Both the position numbers and the translations under genes were made by a program. A stretch of 64,000 bases of DNA from an uncultured bacterium (GTDB lineage Bacteria > Verrucomicrobiota > Verrucomicrobiia > Limisphaerales > UBA8199), in assembly GCA_963749495.1 (NCBI GenBank), contig CAVVMW010000006.1:608001-672000 (forward strand), in the 5' to 3' direction. Below are positions 31,001-42,933 of the stretch, one piece after another. The notes beneath the pieces are model-generated. The model had not been told where the DNA came from and did no database searches. It worked only from the letters and a program-made list of their open reading frames with translations. Within the stretch, counting starts at the first letter, position 1. Each line of letters begins with the position of its first letter.

Positions 31001-34000
31001 CGCTCCCTTCACGGTGAACTACACTGTGGCCGACGCGGTCTACTCGGGCACTTTTGCCACCAACCTGACGGTCGCGGTGCTCACGTCCGACAACAAAGGC
31101 GTCATGGACGTTTCGGGTGTCTCGATTACCCAGCCCGACCAGAACGGCAATGGCACGGTCACACTGACGCCCGTGTACCTGGCTAGCGGCACTGCGCACC
31201 TGGTGTTCACCGTGACGCGGCCCAGCGACCTTGTTAGCCAGCAGGTGACGCTGACCACTACAGTCACGACGCAGAACTTCCCGCCCATCATCTATCGCTT
31301 GGTGCCAAGGAACACTGGGGCGACACAACCGATCAATGTCCCAATCGTGATATTGGACCTCGAGGGCCTGGGGAACCTGACTCTGACCGCGGCGGTCGAG
31401 GTGGCCAGCGCGCCCCTCCTTTCCAGCATTTACTTCCTGGACACCGGCACCAACACCATCACGGGCCTGACTCAAATCAACCCCGGGCAGCAGCCCCCGC
31501 TGGGATCTCCCACGCTGCACATCGTGCCCGCCCCATTTGCCCACGGCACGGCTTTGATCGACCTCACGGTGACCGACCCGATGCCGGGGGTGTCCACCAA
31601 CGTCGTGACCGCTACCCTACAGGTGGGTGTCGGGCAGGTCTTTGTGCCGCCGGTTGTCACCAACCTGTTCGACCTAACCCATCAATCCGTCACGGCCGGC
31701 AGCAGCACCGTGCTCTCGTTCGCCGTCAGTACCCTCCAACCCGAATGAGAGCCCGACTAACCTGACGCTCAAGGCAACCTCGAAGTCGGACACCCTGGTG
31801 TCAAACGTCAACATCGTCGCGACTGCGCCCAGCACCAACCCCGTTGCCGGGGCGGGCACCTGGACGGTCACGCTGCCCGCCAATCGCGGGACCCTCGGCA
31901 TCGACCCGATCACGGTCACGGCCACCGATGTGACCGAAGGTCTCCAGAGTGCCCCGGTCACCTTCAACCTGACTGTGAGTCCGACTCCGGAGCACAGCTA
32001 CACCAATAGCACCTACATTACCATCAACGATGTCACCAACGCCGCACCCTATCCGTCGACTATCGACGTCGAAGGCCTAAAAGGGAGGGTAAGCACAGTG
32101 AAGGTCACGCTCTATGGGTTCAACCACAGCTACCCATCGGATGTTGGGGTGCTCCTGGTCAATTCGGGGCCCGTCAATGGCGCGACCGAGAACGTCGTAC
32201 TCATGAACAGGGCTGGCGATGGCACCCCCATCTGGTGGCCCACCAACACGATCAACCTGACCTTCGATCAGAACGCGCCATCTGTCATCCCGGTAACAAC
32301 GGCGCTCGCCACGGGCAGCTATAGGCCCGCCGATTATAAGGCGCCTACCGTCCCGGGGTACAACTTCTTCCCCGGCCCAGGCGTGCCGCCGCCCAATGGC
32401 CCCTACGACACGGATCTCAGCAAGTACCAGTACACTTGGCCGGACGGGGTTTGGTCGCTCTACGTCGTGGATGATACGCCCAATGACGTAGGCTCGATCA
32501 CCAACGGATGGGTCCTGACCATCGTCACCACCCCGCGGATGATCACTTGGCCGGGCGACCTGACCATCGCGGAAAGCGGCTCGGTGACCGTGCCCTTCTC
32601 TATCGGGGACGACTCGAAGAACCCCACCGGCCCCCAGTTCGTATGGAGCTATACTCCCAAGAACACCACGACCAACACGTTCAACGCGGCGCTGTTCCCC
32701 AACGCCACCAATGTGACCGTGGCCGAGGTCCCGGACGGGACGCACATGAACTATACGATGACCATCACTCCGGCCGCCAACCAGTATGGGACCAACATCA
32801 TCACGCTGGATGGGACGGACATCAACAACTTGGTGGCCGAGAGGAGCTTAGAGGTCTCGGTGCCGCACACGCCGCAGCCGCCGGTGCTCGTGCTCGATTA
32901 CGGCACCAACAACGCGTTCTCCATGGCTGCAGGCGGCGCGACAAACATCCCGGTGAACTATTTCGACCCGGAAGGCCAGGTCGCGACCCTCTCGGTGACC
33001 CTTTCGAGCAACCCGGACCTGCTGCCGGCCTCCTCGTTTGAAATCACCCCCAACAGCGTGATCGTACGGCCCTTCGCCGCCAACTTCGGCCAAGGCGTGG
33101 TCACGCTCATGGCGACAACGCCCGACAATCGAGCCTCCGCCCCGGTCAGCTTCACGATCAACGTGACGCCGGTGCTCGACCTGTTCGGCAACGGAACCTA
33201 CATCAACATCCTGGACGTCTCGCCGGCCAACCCGTATCCGTCCTCGATCACTGTGAGCAGCGTCGAGGGCAAGATTCTGCGGACCCAAGTGACGTTGCGC
33301 AACCTGATGCACACCTATCCGCACGACATCACGGCCGTGCTGGTCGGCCCCGGAGGCCAGAGATCCTCCTGATGAGCCGGGTGGCCCAAGGCGAGATGGG
33401 TCCCCCTGTCCCCGCGGGGGTCGACCTGACCTTCGACAGCACCGCCGACCCGCTCACACAGAGCCTCCCGCTGAGCGCCCCGATTGTCAGCGGCACGTTC
33501 GCCCCCACCTCCTACAATCCAAACCCGGTGCTTGACACCAGCGCCCTCCCGCCGCCTTACGGCAGCGATCTCAAGGTCCTCAACGGCACGTCCCCCAACG
33601 GCTCCTGGAGCCTGTATGTGCAGGACGACGCCCCGCACAACGTCGGCGCCATCACCAACGGCTGGACCATCAACTTCGTCACCGATGCCCCCACCATCCA
33701 GTTTGTCGGGCCACAAAGCGTGCTGGAGAACGGCTCGCTGGCGGTGAAATTCCACGTCGGCTCCAACCTCGGGGATTCCGCGACCAACCTCCTGGTCGCC
33801 GCCACGCCCAGCCTGGAGAACCCGGCTGGCCTGTTGACCAAGGGCACGCTGTCCACCGTGGGACCTGACACGAACGGCCTGGTGACCTTGACCCTGACGC
33901 CGGCGCTCAACCTGCCGTCGGCCGCTCCGGGCTGGACGGTGGGCGCCAATGGCACCGCCCTGATCACTCTGACCGTCGCGGAGGTGACGAACGTCAGTTT

Positions 34001-37000
34001 CGTCAATTCGTTCTCGTTCCCGCTCACGGTCACGTACTCCAACCAGCCTCCGTTCTTTGCTGGCCTGGCCAATACCAATACGGCGGCCAACGCCCCCATC
34101 ACAATCGCGTTCACGGCGGGCGATGTGGACACCCCGGCCAAGAGCCTCAATGTCGGCATCCAGGGCATCACCGACAATACCGGCAGCAGCATTACGCTCA
34201 GCAATGTCGGCAATAACGCGTTCCTCACGCTGAATCCGAACGGGGTTGCCGGCTCGGCCAGCGTTATCGTCACGAACTTTGACCCGATCAGCCAGATGAC
34301 GGCGACCGGCCACGTGATCATCACGGTCACGGCCCCGACGGCGCCGACCATCGATCCGATCAATTCGAGCAACGTGGTTCACGTGGCGGTCAACACGGCG
34401 CTGTCCCTCACGCTGGGCGTTCACGACCCATCGGTCCCGGATGTGTCAACCCTGAGCTACACTGTCACGGGCCTGCCTGCGAACCTCGCCGGAATCAACT
34501 TCAAGCCCGTGAACGGCCAGATCACCATGAACATTCTAGCGCTGAGCCTGGTGGGCAACGCGGCGGTCACCGTTACGGCCACCGATAGCTATGGCGTGGC
34601 CGGTTCGCAGACGTTCACCCTCTATGTGGACCCGCCGGTGCCGCCCGTCCTGGCTCAGATCAAGTCGGTCACTGTGGCCAAGGACCAACCCGTCCCGGTC
34701 ACACTCGGCATCACGACGAACGGCACCCCACTCAGCGGCATGGATGTGAGCTACGCCGTGGTTCAGCCGGCCAACGCAACCGTCGCTATTTCGCCGACGA
34801 ACAAGGCACTCGCCGTGGTCACTCCGACGTCTCGGCTTCCTGGGCAGTGTCAGCATCACCGCGACGGTGACCGACCACTATACGCCGGTCTCCAAGACGT
34901 TCCAGGTGACCTGGATCGTACCCGCCCCGCCGACCTTCTCCGGCACCATTGCCCCGCTGTCCCTTGCGGCCGGTGCCAACGTGAGCCTGGCCCTGCCGAT
35001 CCAGCCTGGCGACATCCCGCTTGCCTCGCTGACGATCACGGCGACGCCGGCCGACACCACCATCGTCACCACCACCGTCTCGGCAGATAAGACCAGCCTG
35101 TTGGTCAAGGCCGGCGCCAAGGTCGCCGGCACCGGCGTCACGGTCTCGGTGAGCGATGGCTTCAACCCGCCGATCACGCAGACGTTCCAGGTGACCGTCA
35201 TCGCGCCGACGCCGCCGGCTTGGGCCACAATCACCAACAACATCGTCACTCCATTCAATACGCCGGTGACCTTTGACCTGCAGGTGACCTCGGTCCAAAC
35301 GCCGATCAGCAGCCTCCAGTTCGCCGCCGTCATCGAGACGAACGTGGTGAGCAGCGTGGTCTTCACCAACACTGGCACCAACGTTACGGCGACCATCAAC
35401 CTGGTGACCAACGCGGTTGGCTCCGAGGCGGTGTCGCTCAGCATGTTCGACGGTTACACCAACCAGGTGCAGCAGACCACAGTCACCGTGCTCAAGCCGG
35501 CGGGGCCGGCCTTCTCCGGCACCATTGCCCCGGTCTCGCTCAAAGCCGGCGCCTACATCAGTGTGGGCCTGCCGATCGCCCCCGGCGTTATCCCGCTCGG
35601 CGCGCTGACCGTCACGGCTGTGGCCGCTGACCCCACCGTCGTGACCCCCACCGTCACGTCCGATAACACCACCCTGTTCCTCCACGGTGGCGCCAAAGGC
35701 GGCGTCACCGGCGTCACGGTCACGGTGAGCGATGGCTTCAACACGCCGGTCACCCAGACGTTCCAGGTGACCGTCCAGGCCCCGCCGCCGCCGGCGCCGC
35801 CGGCCTTCTCCGGCACCATTGCCCCGGTCTCGCTCAAAGCCGGCGCCTACGTCAGTGTGGGCCTGCCGATCGCGCCCGGCGGTATCGCGCTCGGCGCGCT
35901 GACCGTCACGGCTGTGGCCGCTGACCCCACCGTCGTGACCCCCACCGTCACGTCCGATAACACCACCCTGTTCCTCCACGGTGGCGCCAAAGGCGGCGTC
36001 ACCGGCGTCACGGTCACCGTGAGCGATGGCATCAACACGCCGGTCACCCAGACGTTCCAGGTGACCGTCCTGGCCCCGCCGCCGCCGCCGCCGCCGGTCT
36101 GGGCCACAATCACCAACAACCTCGTCACGGCCTACAACACACCGCTGACCCTCGACCTGCAGGTGACCTCGGCCCAAACGCCGATCAGCAGCCTCGAGTT
36201 CACCGCCGTCATCGAGACCAACGTGGTGAGCAGCGTGGTCTTCACCAACACCGGCACGAACGTTACCGCGACCTTCCAGGTCGTGAGCAACGCAACCGGC
36301 TCCGAGTTGGTCACCCTGAGCATGAACGACGGCTACACCAACCAGGTGCAGCAGTTCACATTCACCGTGGTCCCGGCCGGGCCTCCGACACTGGCGACTA
36401 TTGCCCCGCTGCAGTTGACAGGCGGCTCCGAGGTGAGCTTCGGGGCTCCCGATCACGCCCGGCTCCATCCCGCTCGGCTCGCTCACAGTCACGGCGGTGC
36501 CCGCTGACACTAACATCGTCGGCGTCACCGTCCCGCCTGGCAATACCAGCATGTTCGTCCTGGGCAAAGCAAAAGGCCAAACCGGCGTCACGGTTACCGT
36601 CAGCGATGGCATCAATCCTGCCGTCGCGCAGACGTTCCAGGTCACGGTCGTCGCCCCCAGGCCGCCCACGCTGGGAACGTTCCCGAATGTTCAGATGATT
36701 GTGGGTGCGTCCACAAACGTGTCCGCGCCGCTGACCGCCGGTGCCATCCCGGTCAGCAAGCTGACGTTCACCGCCTCATTTGACCCGTCGGTGCTCACCA
36801 ACGTTACCTTCTCGTATGACGGCACCAACCTCACGGCCCAGATCACGGCGGGCACCGCGGCTGGCTCGACCACTGTGACCGTCCATGTGAACGACGGTTA
36901 CACCGATGTGTCGCAGCAATTCACAGTGCAGGTCAGGACGGCCGGCGCCCTGGTCTTGGGACCGATCGCCGATCAGGCAACCGTTGCGGACGTGCCGGTC

Positions 37001-37444
37001 ACCATCGTGCTGAATGTGACCTCCCCGAACGTGGACCTCAACCTGGTTCAGTTCGCCGCCACCCACACAAATACCACCCTGGTCACGGGTGTGGCCTTCA
37101 GCCACGTCAATGGCAACGAGCAGGCGATCATCAGCCTCGGCAGCAAGCAGGCGGGCAATGACTACATCACCATTACCGCCAACGATGGCTTCATGACTGT
37201 CATGCAGAGCTTCGCGCTCCACGTGACGGGTCCGGTGCTCCACGTCAGCCTCTCCAACGGTACGGTGGCCCTCAGTTTCAAAGGGGCTCCGGGCGATGTT
37301 TACACCATGCAGACCGCCACCAGCCTGCTCGGGCCGTGGAACGATGTCGGCACACTCACGGTTGACGCCAGCGGCAACGTCAACTACACCGCTACGGTGG
37401 GCGCCGGTTCGGGGCCACTGTGGGTCCGCGCCGTGCTCAAGTAG
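25071..37444 (+). CDS. Giant secreted protein (~4,100 aa) with about 7 proprotein-convertase P-domain-like modules and many Ig/cadherin-like repeats; four apparent frameshifts
   Basis: Signal peptide; repeated PYPSxI...VxVxL..H....D..LLV.P...NGTWSLYVxDD. ORFs 25071, 31798, 33372, 34867 and 36497 join by single frame changes near 31730, 33360, 34830 and 36445. Confidence 0.8.
35506..36090 (+). repeat. Near-identical 294-bp tandem duplication (98-aa domain)
   Basis: ccggccttctccggcaccattgccccggtctcgctcaaagcc at 35506 and 35800. Confidence 0.9.
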
Positions 37445-37469
37445 GCGCCTGACCTGAGTTAGAATTCAG

Positions 37470-37505
37470 AAACCGCCTGTGGCCTGGCCACAGGCGGTTT
37501 TTTTT
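37470..37505 (+). terminator. Rho-independent terminator
   Basis: aaaccgcctgtggcc-t-ggccacaggcggttt followed by a T-run, just after the giant gene. Confidence 0.85.
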
Positions 37506-37700
37506 AGAAAAAAGCCCTTGACTTATGAGGCCCTTTACTTTATATATTCAGTTGAAGGTACGCAGTGTGTTCACGTTGGCCTATGTACCGAAGTGACGCT
37601 TATGGAAAATGCGGCGTTTTTGGACAACAGCCAGGCTGGATCCGGGCTGGGCGTCTGTCGGAAGTAGTGCCATCAATGCCCACACGGGAAAGGTTCGCGA

Positions 37701-38138
37701 ATGATTCAGAAGAATCCTGCAGACGCTGAAGACGCCCTGGAAGTCCAGGGGCCGGCCAAGGATTGGGAGCGTCTGGCCAGAGAGGCGGAGTTCAGGCCGG
37801 GGGCCATGGCCTCGCTCTGCTCGGTTTCAGAGCGTCAGTTGGAGCGGATCTTCAAGAAGTACCTGAACTGCACGCCCAGTCATTGGTTGCGGGAGTTGCG
37901 GTGCCGGCTGGCCAAGGACCTGATTACGCGGGGTTACAGCAGCAAGGCGGCTGCGGCGGAGCTCAAGTTCGCAACGGATGCTCACTTCTGCCGCGAGTTC
38001 AAGAGGGTCTTTGGTGCCTCGCCGCAGACCTTTGCGCCCAACCGCATGGATTATATGAGCGTGGCCCTGCTGGACCGCGATGCGGCCAATGGGCGCTTTG
38101 CCATGTCCTGGCAAGAAGCCAGCCAGGCCTCGGGCTGA
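37701..38138 (+). CDS. HTH-only AraC-family regulator (paralog of 24268..24735)
   Basis: WERLAREAEFRPGAMASLCSVSERQLERIF...HFCREFKRVFGASPQTFAP. Confidence 0.9.
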   Translation: MIQKNPADAEDALEVQGPAKDWERLAREAEFRPGAMASLCSVSERQLERIFKKYLNCTPSHWLRELRCRLAKDLITRGYSSKAAAAELKFATDAHFCREFKRVFGASPQTFAPNRMDYMSVALLDRDAANGRFAMSWQEASQASG

Positions 38139-38241
38139 GGTCCTGGTGCCTGCGCGCGAAGAAATGGCTGGACCTTTGTCGCGACCTTTGTCGAAGACCC
38201 GTCGGCCCGGCAAAGGTTGCCAGAGAGCCTTCCGCTCCCTA

Positions 38242-39345
38242 CTACCGGCTCCTGGCCGGGTCCTTTCGATAGTGGTAGCTCTCGCCCCAGGCCATTACGA
38301 TGGCGGGATACCGTGACCTGAACAGCCGGTTGTAGGTCTGGGTGTAATCCTCGCGATGATCCACCGTGTGCCCCATTTCGTTCTCGTGCCCGGTGATGAC
38401 CAGTTCGGGATTGACGCCGCGCAAGGTTCGGTCCAGGGCATTGCCCCAGCAATTGACCAGCAGCACATCCACGGCGTGATCGCGGCCGACCTGGGCTATC
38501 CAGTCAAAATCGCTGCCGGGTCCCTCAGCCCCTGACTGGTCCCCGGTTTGCACCACGGCAAATCCGTCCGGAGTGGCCACCAGGTGCACGTTGTTCGTTA
38601 CATCCTCGCCCTGGTGGCCGGGGTAGGCCACCACTTCGAGCGCCTGCTTGCCGTTTTGAATCGGGATGGCGTGCAGGCCCTGCGCGCTCCGTTTCGGATA
38701 CGTCAGCCGGCTTGCTAAATCGGGCACGTCCGCCCACAGGCCCACGGGCGCCATCACCGGTTTGCCCGCCTTCAGAAACAATCGCGCCACCTCCGGATCC
38801 GCGTGGTCCTGGTGCAGGTGGCTGATGAACGAGGCGTCAGCCTGCGCCACGAGGCGCTCAACCCATTCCTTGGGGACCGAAAAGCCCGGGGCGGCGCCGC
38901 CCGGCAGGCCCCGCACGATATCAAACGCAAAGGAAGCCGCCGGCGAGCGCGCCAGAAAACCCATGTTATACAGTTTCCACACGCGCAGACCCTCGGTCAC
39001 TTTGCCCTGCTCGATCTCGACCATGGCCCGCTCCAGCCGCCGCCGATAAAAGGCCTGGACCAGTTGCTTGCGCGGGGCTGATTCGATGTGAAGAATGTCG
39101 TCCAACCGGATCAGAGCCGCCCTGCGGACCGGGTGTTCGGCCAGCGCCGGCGGGTAGTGCTGGAGGATGTAATCGACCCACTGCAGTGACCGGTCGATCC
39201 ACTCATCCGGAGCGTCCTTCAACTCCGGCGCGCTCAGCAGGCGCCGGGGCGACGAAACGAAACCCGGCGTCGAGTCCGGCTGGGCAGGCGCGGACGCGGC
39301 CCCGCCAACGACGACGAGCACCAACAGCAGCAGCAGTTTTCTCAT
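38242..39345 (-). CDS. Secreted MBL-fold metallo-hydrolase
   Basis: Signal peptide; SHLHQDH, TGD and GHENEMGH motifs. Confidence 0.8.
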   Translation of the reverse strand: MRKLLLLLVLVVVGGAASAPAQPDSTPGFVSSPRRLLSAPELKDAPDEWIDRSLQWVDYILQHYPPALAEHPVRRAALIRLDDILHIESAPRKQLVQAFYRRRLERAMVEIEQGKVTEGLRVWKLYNMGFLARSPAASFAFDIVRGLPGGAAPGFSVPKEWVERLVAQADASFISHLHQDHADPEVARLFLKAGKPVMAPVGLWADVPDLASRLTYPKRSAQGLHAIPIQNGKQALEVVAYPGHQGEDVTNNVHLVATPDGFAVVQTGDQSGAEGPGSDFDWIAQVGRDHAVDVLLVNCWGNALDRTLRGVNPELVITGHENEMGHTVDHREDYTQTYNRLFRSRYPAIVMAWGESYHYRKDPARSR

Positions 39346-39535
39346 CGGAGCTTGAGCATTCCCCAGAGCCTAATGAGGCGGCCTCCAAATGGCGAGACAA
39401 CTTTTGCCAGTCGGCACAGTGAGCTTTGACAGAACTCTGCTGCGGCAGGTGGAGCGCAACGATAAAGCTGGAATCGGCGGAGGCCTTCAAAAAATGTCTG
39501 TCCAGCAGCCCTGGATTGTCATACACCGGTACACC

Positions 39536-40234
39536 ATGAAACGCAGAGTTGAGATACTGAGCCTGGCCCTCCTGGCGTTGAGTGGCCCGCCGCTTTGGGC
39601 TGGCGATGTCCGCCCCGCGCGCATTGAGGAGGTGGAAATCCGCGACCGCGCCTTCTACGTCAACCGCAGACCTTTCTTCCCGTTGATGGCCTGGCTGCAG
39701 GACGCCAGGAATTTTCCACTGCTCAAAGACTGTGCGATGAACACGACGGCGGGGTATTCCGGCGGCTCCAGCGGCACAAAAAGCGTGGCCGAATACCTGG
39801 CCCTGGTGGAACAAGCCGGTTTATATGGGGTCATGCCGTTTGACCCGCGGCTCAAGGGCGGTCCGGCGCTCTTGGGTTACATCCATGATGATGAACCGGA
39901 TTTGCTCCACCAGGAGAGCGACGCGGTGGGTTATGACATTTACCCGATTTACGGCTGGAACAAACCGGAATGGCTCTGCCTGGGCCATGACGCGACGGAG
40001 CGGCTGGTGCAAATAGCCGGGACCCGGCCCGTCTATGCCTGGATCGAGACCAGCAAAGGCGGCCAATGGACGGGCGACCTGGACGGGCAAAAGGATGTCA
40101 AGCCCGAGCACATCCGCGCCGAAGTCTGGATGAGCATCTGCCGCGGAGCGACCGCCATTGGCTACTCGGATGTGTTTGCCCCTCTGGCCGTGCACATCTA
40201 CCGCCTGGCCCTGGCGCCTGCCCGCACCAGGTAA
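39536..40234 (+). CDS. Secreted hypothetical protein (glycoside hydrolase TIM-barrel-like, possibly internally deleted)
   Basis: Signal peptide; LLGYIHDDEPD, DIYP, EVWMSICRGATAIGY. Confidence 0.5.
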   Translation: MKRRVEILSLALLALSGPPLWAGDVRPARIEEVEIRDRAFYVNRRPFFPLMAWLQDARNFPLLKDCAMNTTAGYSGGSSGTKSVAEYLALVEQAGLYGVMPFDPRLKGGPALLGYIHDDEPDLLHQESDAVGYDIYPIYGWNKPEWLCLGHDATERLVQIAGTRPVYAWIETSKGGQWTGDLDGQKDVKPEHIRAEVWMSICRGATAIGYSDVFAPLAVHIYRLALAPARTR

Positions 40235-40261
40235 GGCAGCTATAGATTGCCGGCGACGAGT

Positions 40262-40969
40262 ATGTCCATTGCCGATCTGCGAAGAGAGTACACCCTGGGC
40301 GGGCTGCGGCGGCGGGATCTGGAGGCCGACCCGATCGTGCAGTTCCGGAACTGGTTGGCCCAGGCCAGCGGCGCGCGGGCCAGCGGGCGGGTGCGCAGGT
40401 TCGTCATCAGGCTCTACAAGGCGCTCTTGCTGGCCGCAGGCTCCAGCCCGGCCGACCTCACCGCGATGACGCTGGCCACGGCGGACAAACAAGGCCGGCC
40501 TTCGGCGCGGGTCGTCCTGCTCAAAGGCGTGGACGAGCGCGGCTTCGTCTTTTACACCAACTACGGCAGCCGCAAGGGACAAGAGCTGGCTGAGAATCCT
40601 TACGCCTCGCTCGTGTTTTATTGGGCGGACCAGGAGCGACAGGTCTGTGTCGGGGGCGAGGTCCGCAAATTACCCGAGGCAGAATCCGAGGCCTATTTCC
40701 GGTCCCGCCCTCGCGGCAGCCGGCTGGCTGCCTGGGCCTCGCATCAGAGCCAGGCAATCCCCGAGCGGGCGTCGCTCGAGACCCAATGGAAGGCGTGCGC
40801 GGCGCGCTACCCGGGCCAGGAGGTCCCTAGGCCGCCGTATTGGGGCGGCTATGTGCTGGCGCCCGCGCGCATCGAATTCTGGCAGGGCCGCCCTAACCGC
40901 CTTCACGATCGCTTTTGCTACACGCGCCAGGCGGATGGGGGTTGGCGTATCGAGCGGCTCGCCCCGTAG
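40262..40969 (+). CDS. pdxH: Pyridoxamine 5'-phosphate oxidase
   Basis: ADLRREY, PSARVVLLK, FYTNYGSRK, YFRSRP, EFWQGRPNRLHDR, RLAP. Confidence 0.96.
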   Translation: MSIADLRREYTLGGLRRRDLEADPIVQFRNWLAQASGARASGRVRRFVIRLYKALLLAAGSSPADLTAMTLATADKQGRPSARVVLLKGVDERGFVFYTNYGSRKGQELAENPYASLVFYWADQERQVCVGGEVRKLPEAESEAYFRSRPRGSRLAAWASHQSQAIPERASLETQWKACAARYPGQEVPRPPYWGGYVLAPARIEFWQGRPNRLHDRFCYTRQADGGWRIERLAP

Positions 40970-41017
40970 CGCGCGACGCAGCCGGGCATGGGGCCCGGGA
41001 ACCTGGGACGGCTCGGG

Positions 41018-41146
41018 CTGCCCCCGGAGTGCGCCCGTCCCCGGGCGCAGCAGCGACGGAGCGGTCAGGCGCGCGGGAGTATTTGACCGCTGCGCTGGCT
41101 GCGGACGTCGCTGCGCCCGAGGACGGGCGCACTCCCACCTCGCCGC
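41018..41146. repeat. Palindromic REP-like element between convergent pdxH and ROK genes
   Basis: Same family as the purL insertion at 5582-5710. Confidence 0.9.
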
Positions 41147-41184
41147 TCCGGCCCAGGCCATGGGGTCAAGTGCCCTCGGGCGCG

Positions 41185-42170
41185 TCAGCGAGTCTCCCGG
41201 CGGGCCAGGACGGCGCCGCCGGTGATGCCGGCGCTGTCGCCGAGCTTGGAGGCGATGATCTCGACGCCTTTCATGGCCCCGGGCATGGCATAGTCCTGGG
41301 CGGTTTCGACGATGACGCCCATCATCTCGTCGGCGAGGGCCTCGATGACGCCGCCGCCCAGGACGACGACCTCGGGGTTGATGATGTTGATGAGGTTGGC
41401 GGTGGCGATGCCGATGTATTCGGCGGCGCCCTCGAGGACGCGGTCCACGAATTTGTCACCGTGGCGGATGGCCTTGCGGAGGTCGCCGCTGCGCAGGTTG
41501 CTCAGGTCGTTGCCGAGCATGTCGGTCAGGAGGGTCTTCTGGCCGTCCTTGATGCCGGCCTTGATTTGCTGGAAGATGGCGGTGCGGCTGGCCAGGGCCT
41601 CCAGGCACCCCTTGTTGCCGCAGCCGCACTTGGGGCCGTTGACTTCCAGGACCATGTGGCCGATCTCCCCGGCGGTATGGCCGTGGCCGCTAAAGAGTTC
41701 GCCGTTGAGGATGAGTCCGCCGCCGATGCCGGTGCCGACGAAGATGCCGATCATGTGGCGGGGCTTGGACTTGAGTTCGGCCACGTAAACGCCCAGGGCG
41801 GAGATGTTGCAGTCGTTCTCCACGAAGACCGGGACATCGAGTTGCTTTTCGAGGGCCTTCTTGAGGGGGACGTTTTCCAGCCCTCGAGGTTCGGGGCGAA
41901 GATGACCGTGCCTGCGGCGAAATCCACGGCGCCAGGCGCGCCGATGCCGACGCCGGCCACCTGTTTGAGGGACAGGTCCGCCTCGTCCACGGCATCCTGG
42001 ACGCACCGGGCAATGCGCTCAACCACAGCATCCACCCCCCTTGAGGACTTGGTGCTGACCTTGGCCGTGCTGAGGGATTCCAGGGAGTTCTTGAAGACGC
42101 CGCAGAGGATCTTGGTGCCGCCCAGATCGACCCCGACGAAATGCTCTTTTTTCACATTGGCTTCGGACAT
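41185..42170 (-). CDS. ROK-family sugar kinase (glucokinase-like), frameshift near 41875
   Basis: GVDLGGTK, GIGAPG, VENDCN, GTGIGGG, GEIGH, CGCGNKGCLEA. Confidence 0.9.
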
Positions 42171-42201
42171 GGCGCGGGAGAGTGGGGGTTAAGCGTGCAG
42201 G

Positions 42202-42933
42202 TCATTTTCCGGCCAGGACGGCGCCGATCTTCTTGCGCAGGTCGGCGTTGATGGCGTCGGCGGAACGCAGGCCGTCCACGATGGTGAAGCCGTAGGTGGT
42301 CTGCAGGTGGCGGAAAGTCTGCTGCATGGCGGTCTGGTATTTCATGAAGCTGTCGAACATGTCGCGAGACAGGCCCAGGTCCATGCCGCTTTCCCAGTAA
42401 TCGAGGGCGGTGTTCTTGGCGAAACTGCGCTGAACCAGTTCCTCGGGGGGGACGTTGAGGTAGAAGACCGCATCGGGTTCGGGGGCGATGCCGTAGAGGT
42501 TTTTGAGCCAGGCCTCGTCCATGCCGCGGACCATGTCGCGGGCCATCAGGGTATAGATGTAGCGGTCGGCCAGCACCACGAACCCGGCCTTGAGGGCCGG
42601 CAGCATGATGTTCTCGATTTGGTCGGCGAAGTCGGTGGCATAGAACAGGCTCAGGGTGGTGCGGCTGAGGATGTTGCCCTGCTGGGCCTGTTGGAGTTCC
42701 TCGCTCACCAGGGTCGAGCGTTTCAAGCCGACCTGCACGGTGGCGTGGCCGCACCCCTCCAGCCACTCGACCAGGAGCGCGATCTGCGTCGAGCGCCCCG
42801 AGCCGTCGGCCCCTTCCACCGCGATGAGCTTGCCGGCCAGTTGGTCCAGATCGACGTTCGGGATGCCGTGGCCGTAGAAACGCCGCGGGGAGGGGTGGGG
42901 CACGACGATCTGGTCCTGGAGGAGCCGTTTCAT
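42202..42933 (-). CDS. Thymidylate kinase-like protein
   Basis: EGADGSGRSTQ P-loop, LADRY. Confidence 0.8.
   Translation of the reverse strand: MKRLLQDQIVVPHPSPRRFYGHGIPNVDLDQLAGKLIAVEGADGSGRSTQIALLVEWLEGCGHATVQVGLKRSTLVSEELQQAQQGNILSRTTLSLFYATDFADQIENIMLPALKAGFVVLADRYIYTLMARDMVRGMDEAWLKNLYGIAPEPDAVFYLNVPPEELVQRSFAKNTALDYWESGMDLGLSRDMFDSFMKYQTAMQQTFRHLQTTYGFTIVDGLRSADAINADLRKKIGAVLAGK

Noticed and set aside
31730..36450. Programmed frameshifting or phase variation in the giant gene
   Set aside because: No shared slippery motif or long homopolymer; similar indels occur in unrelated genes across the window.
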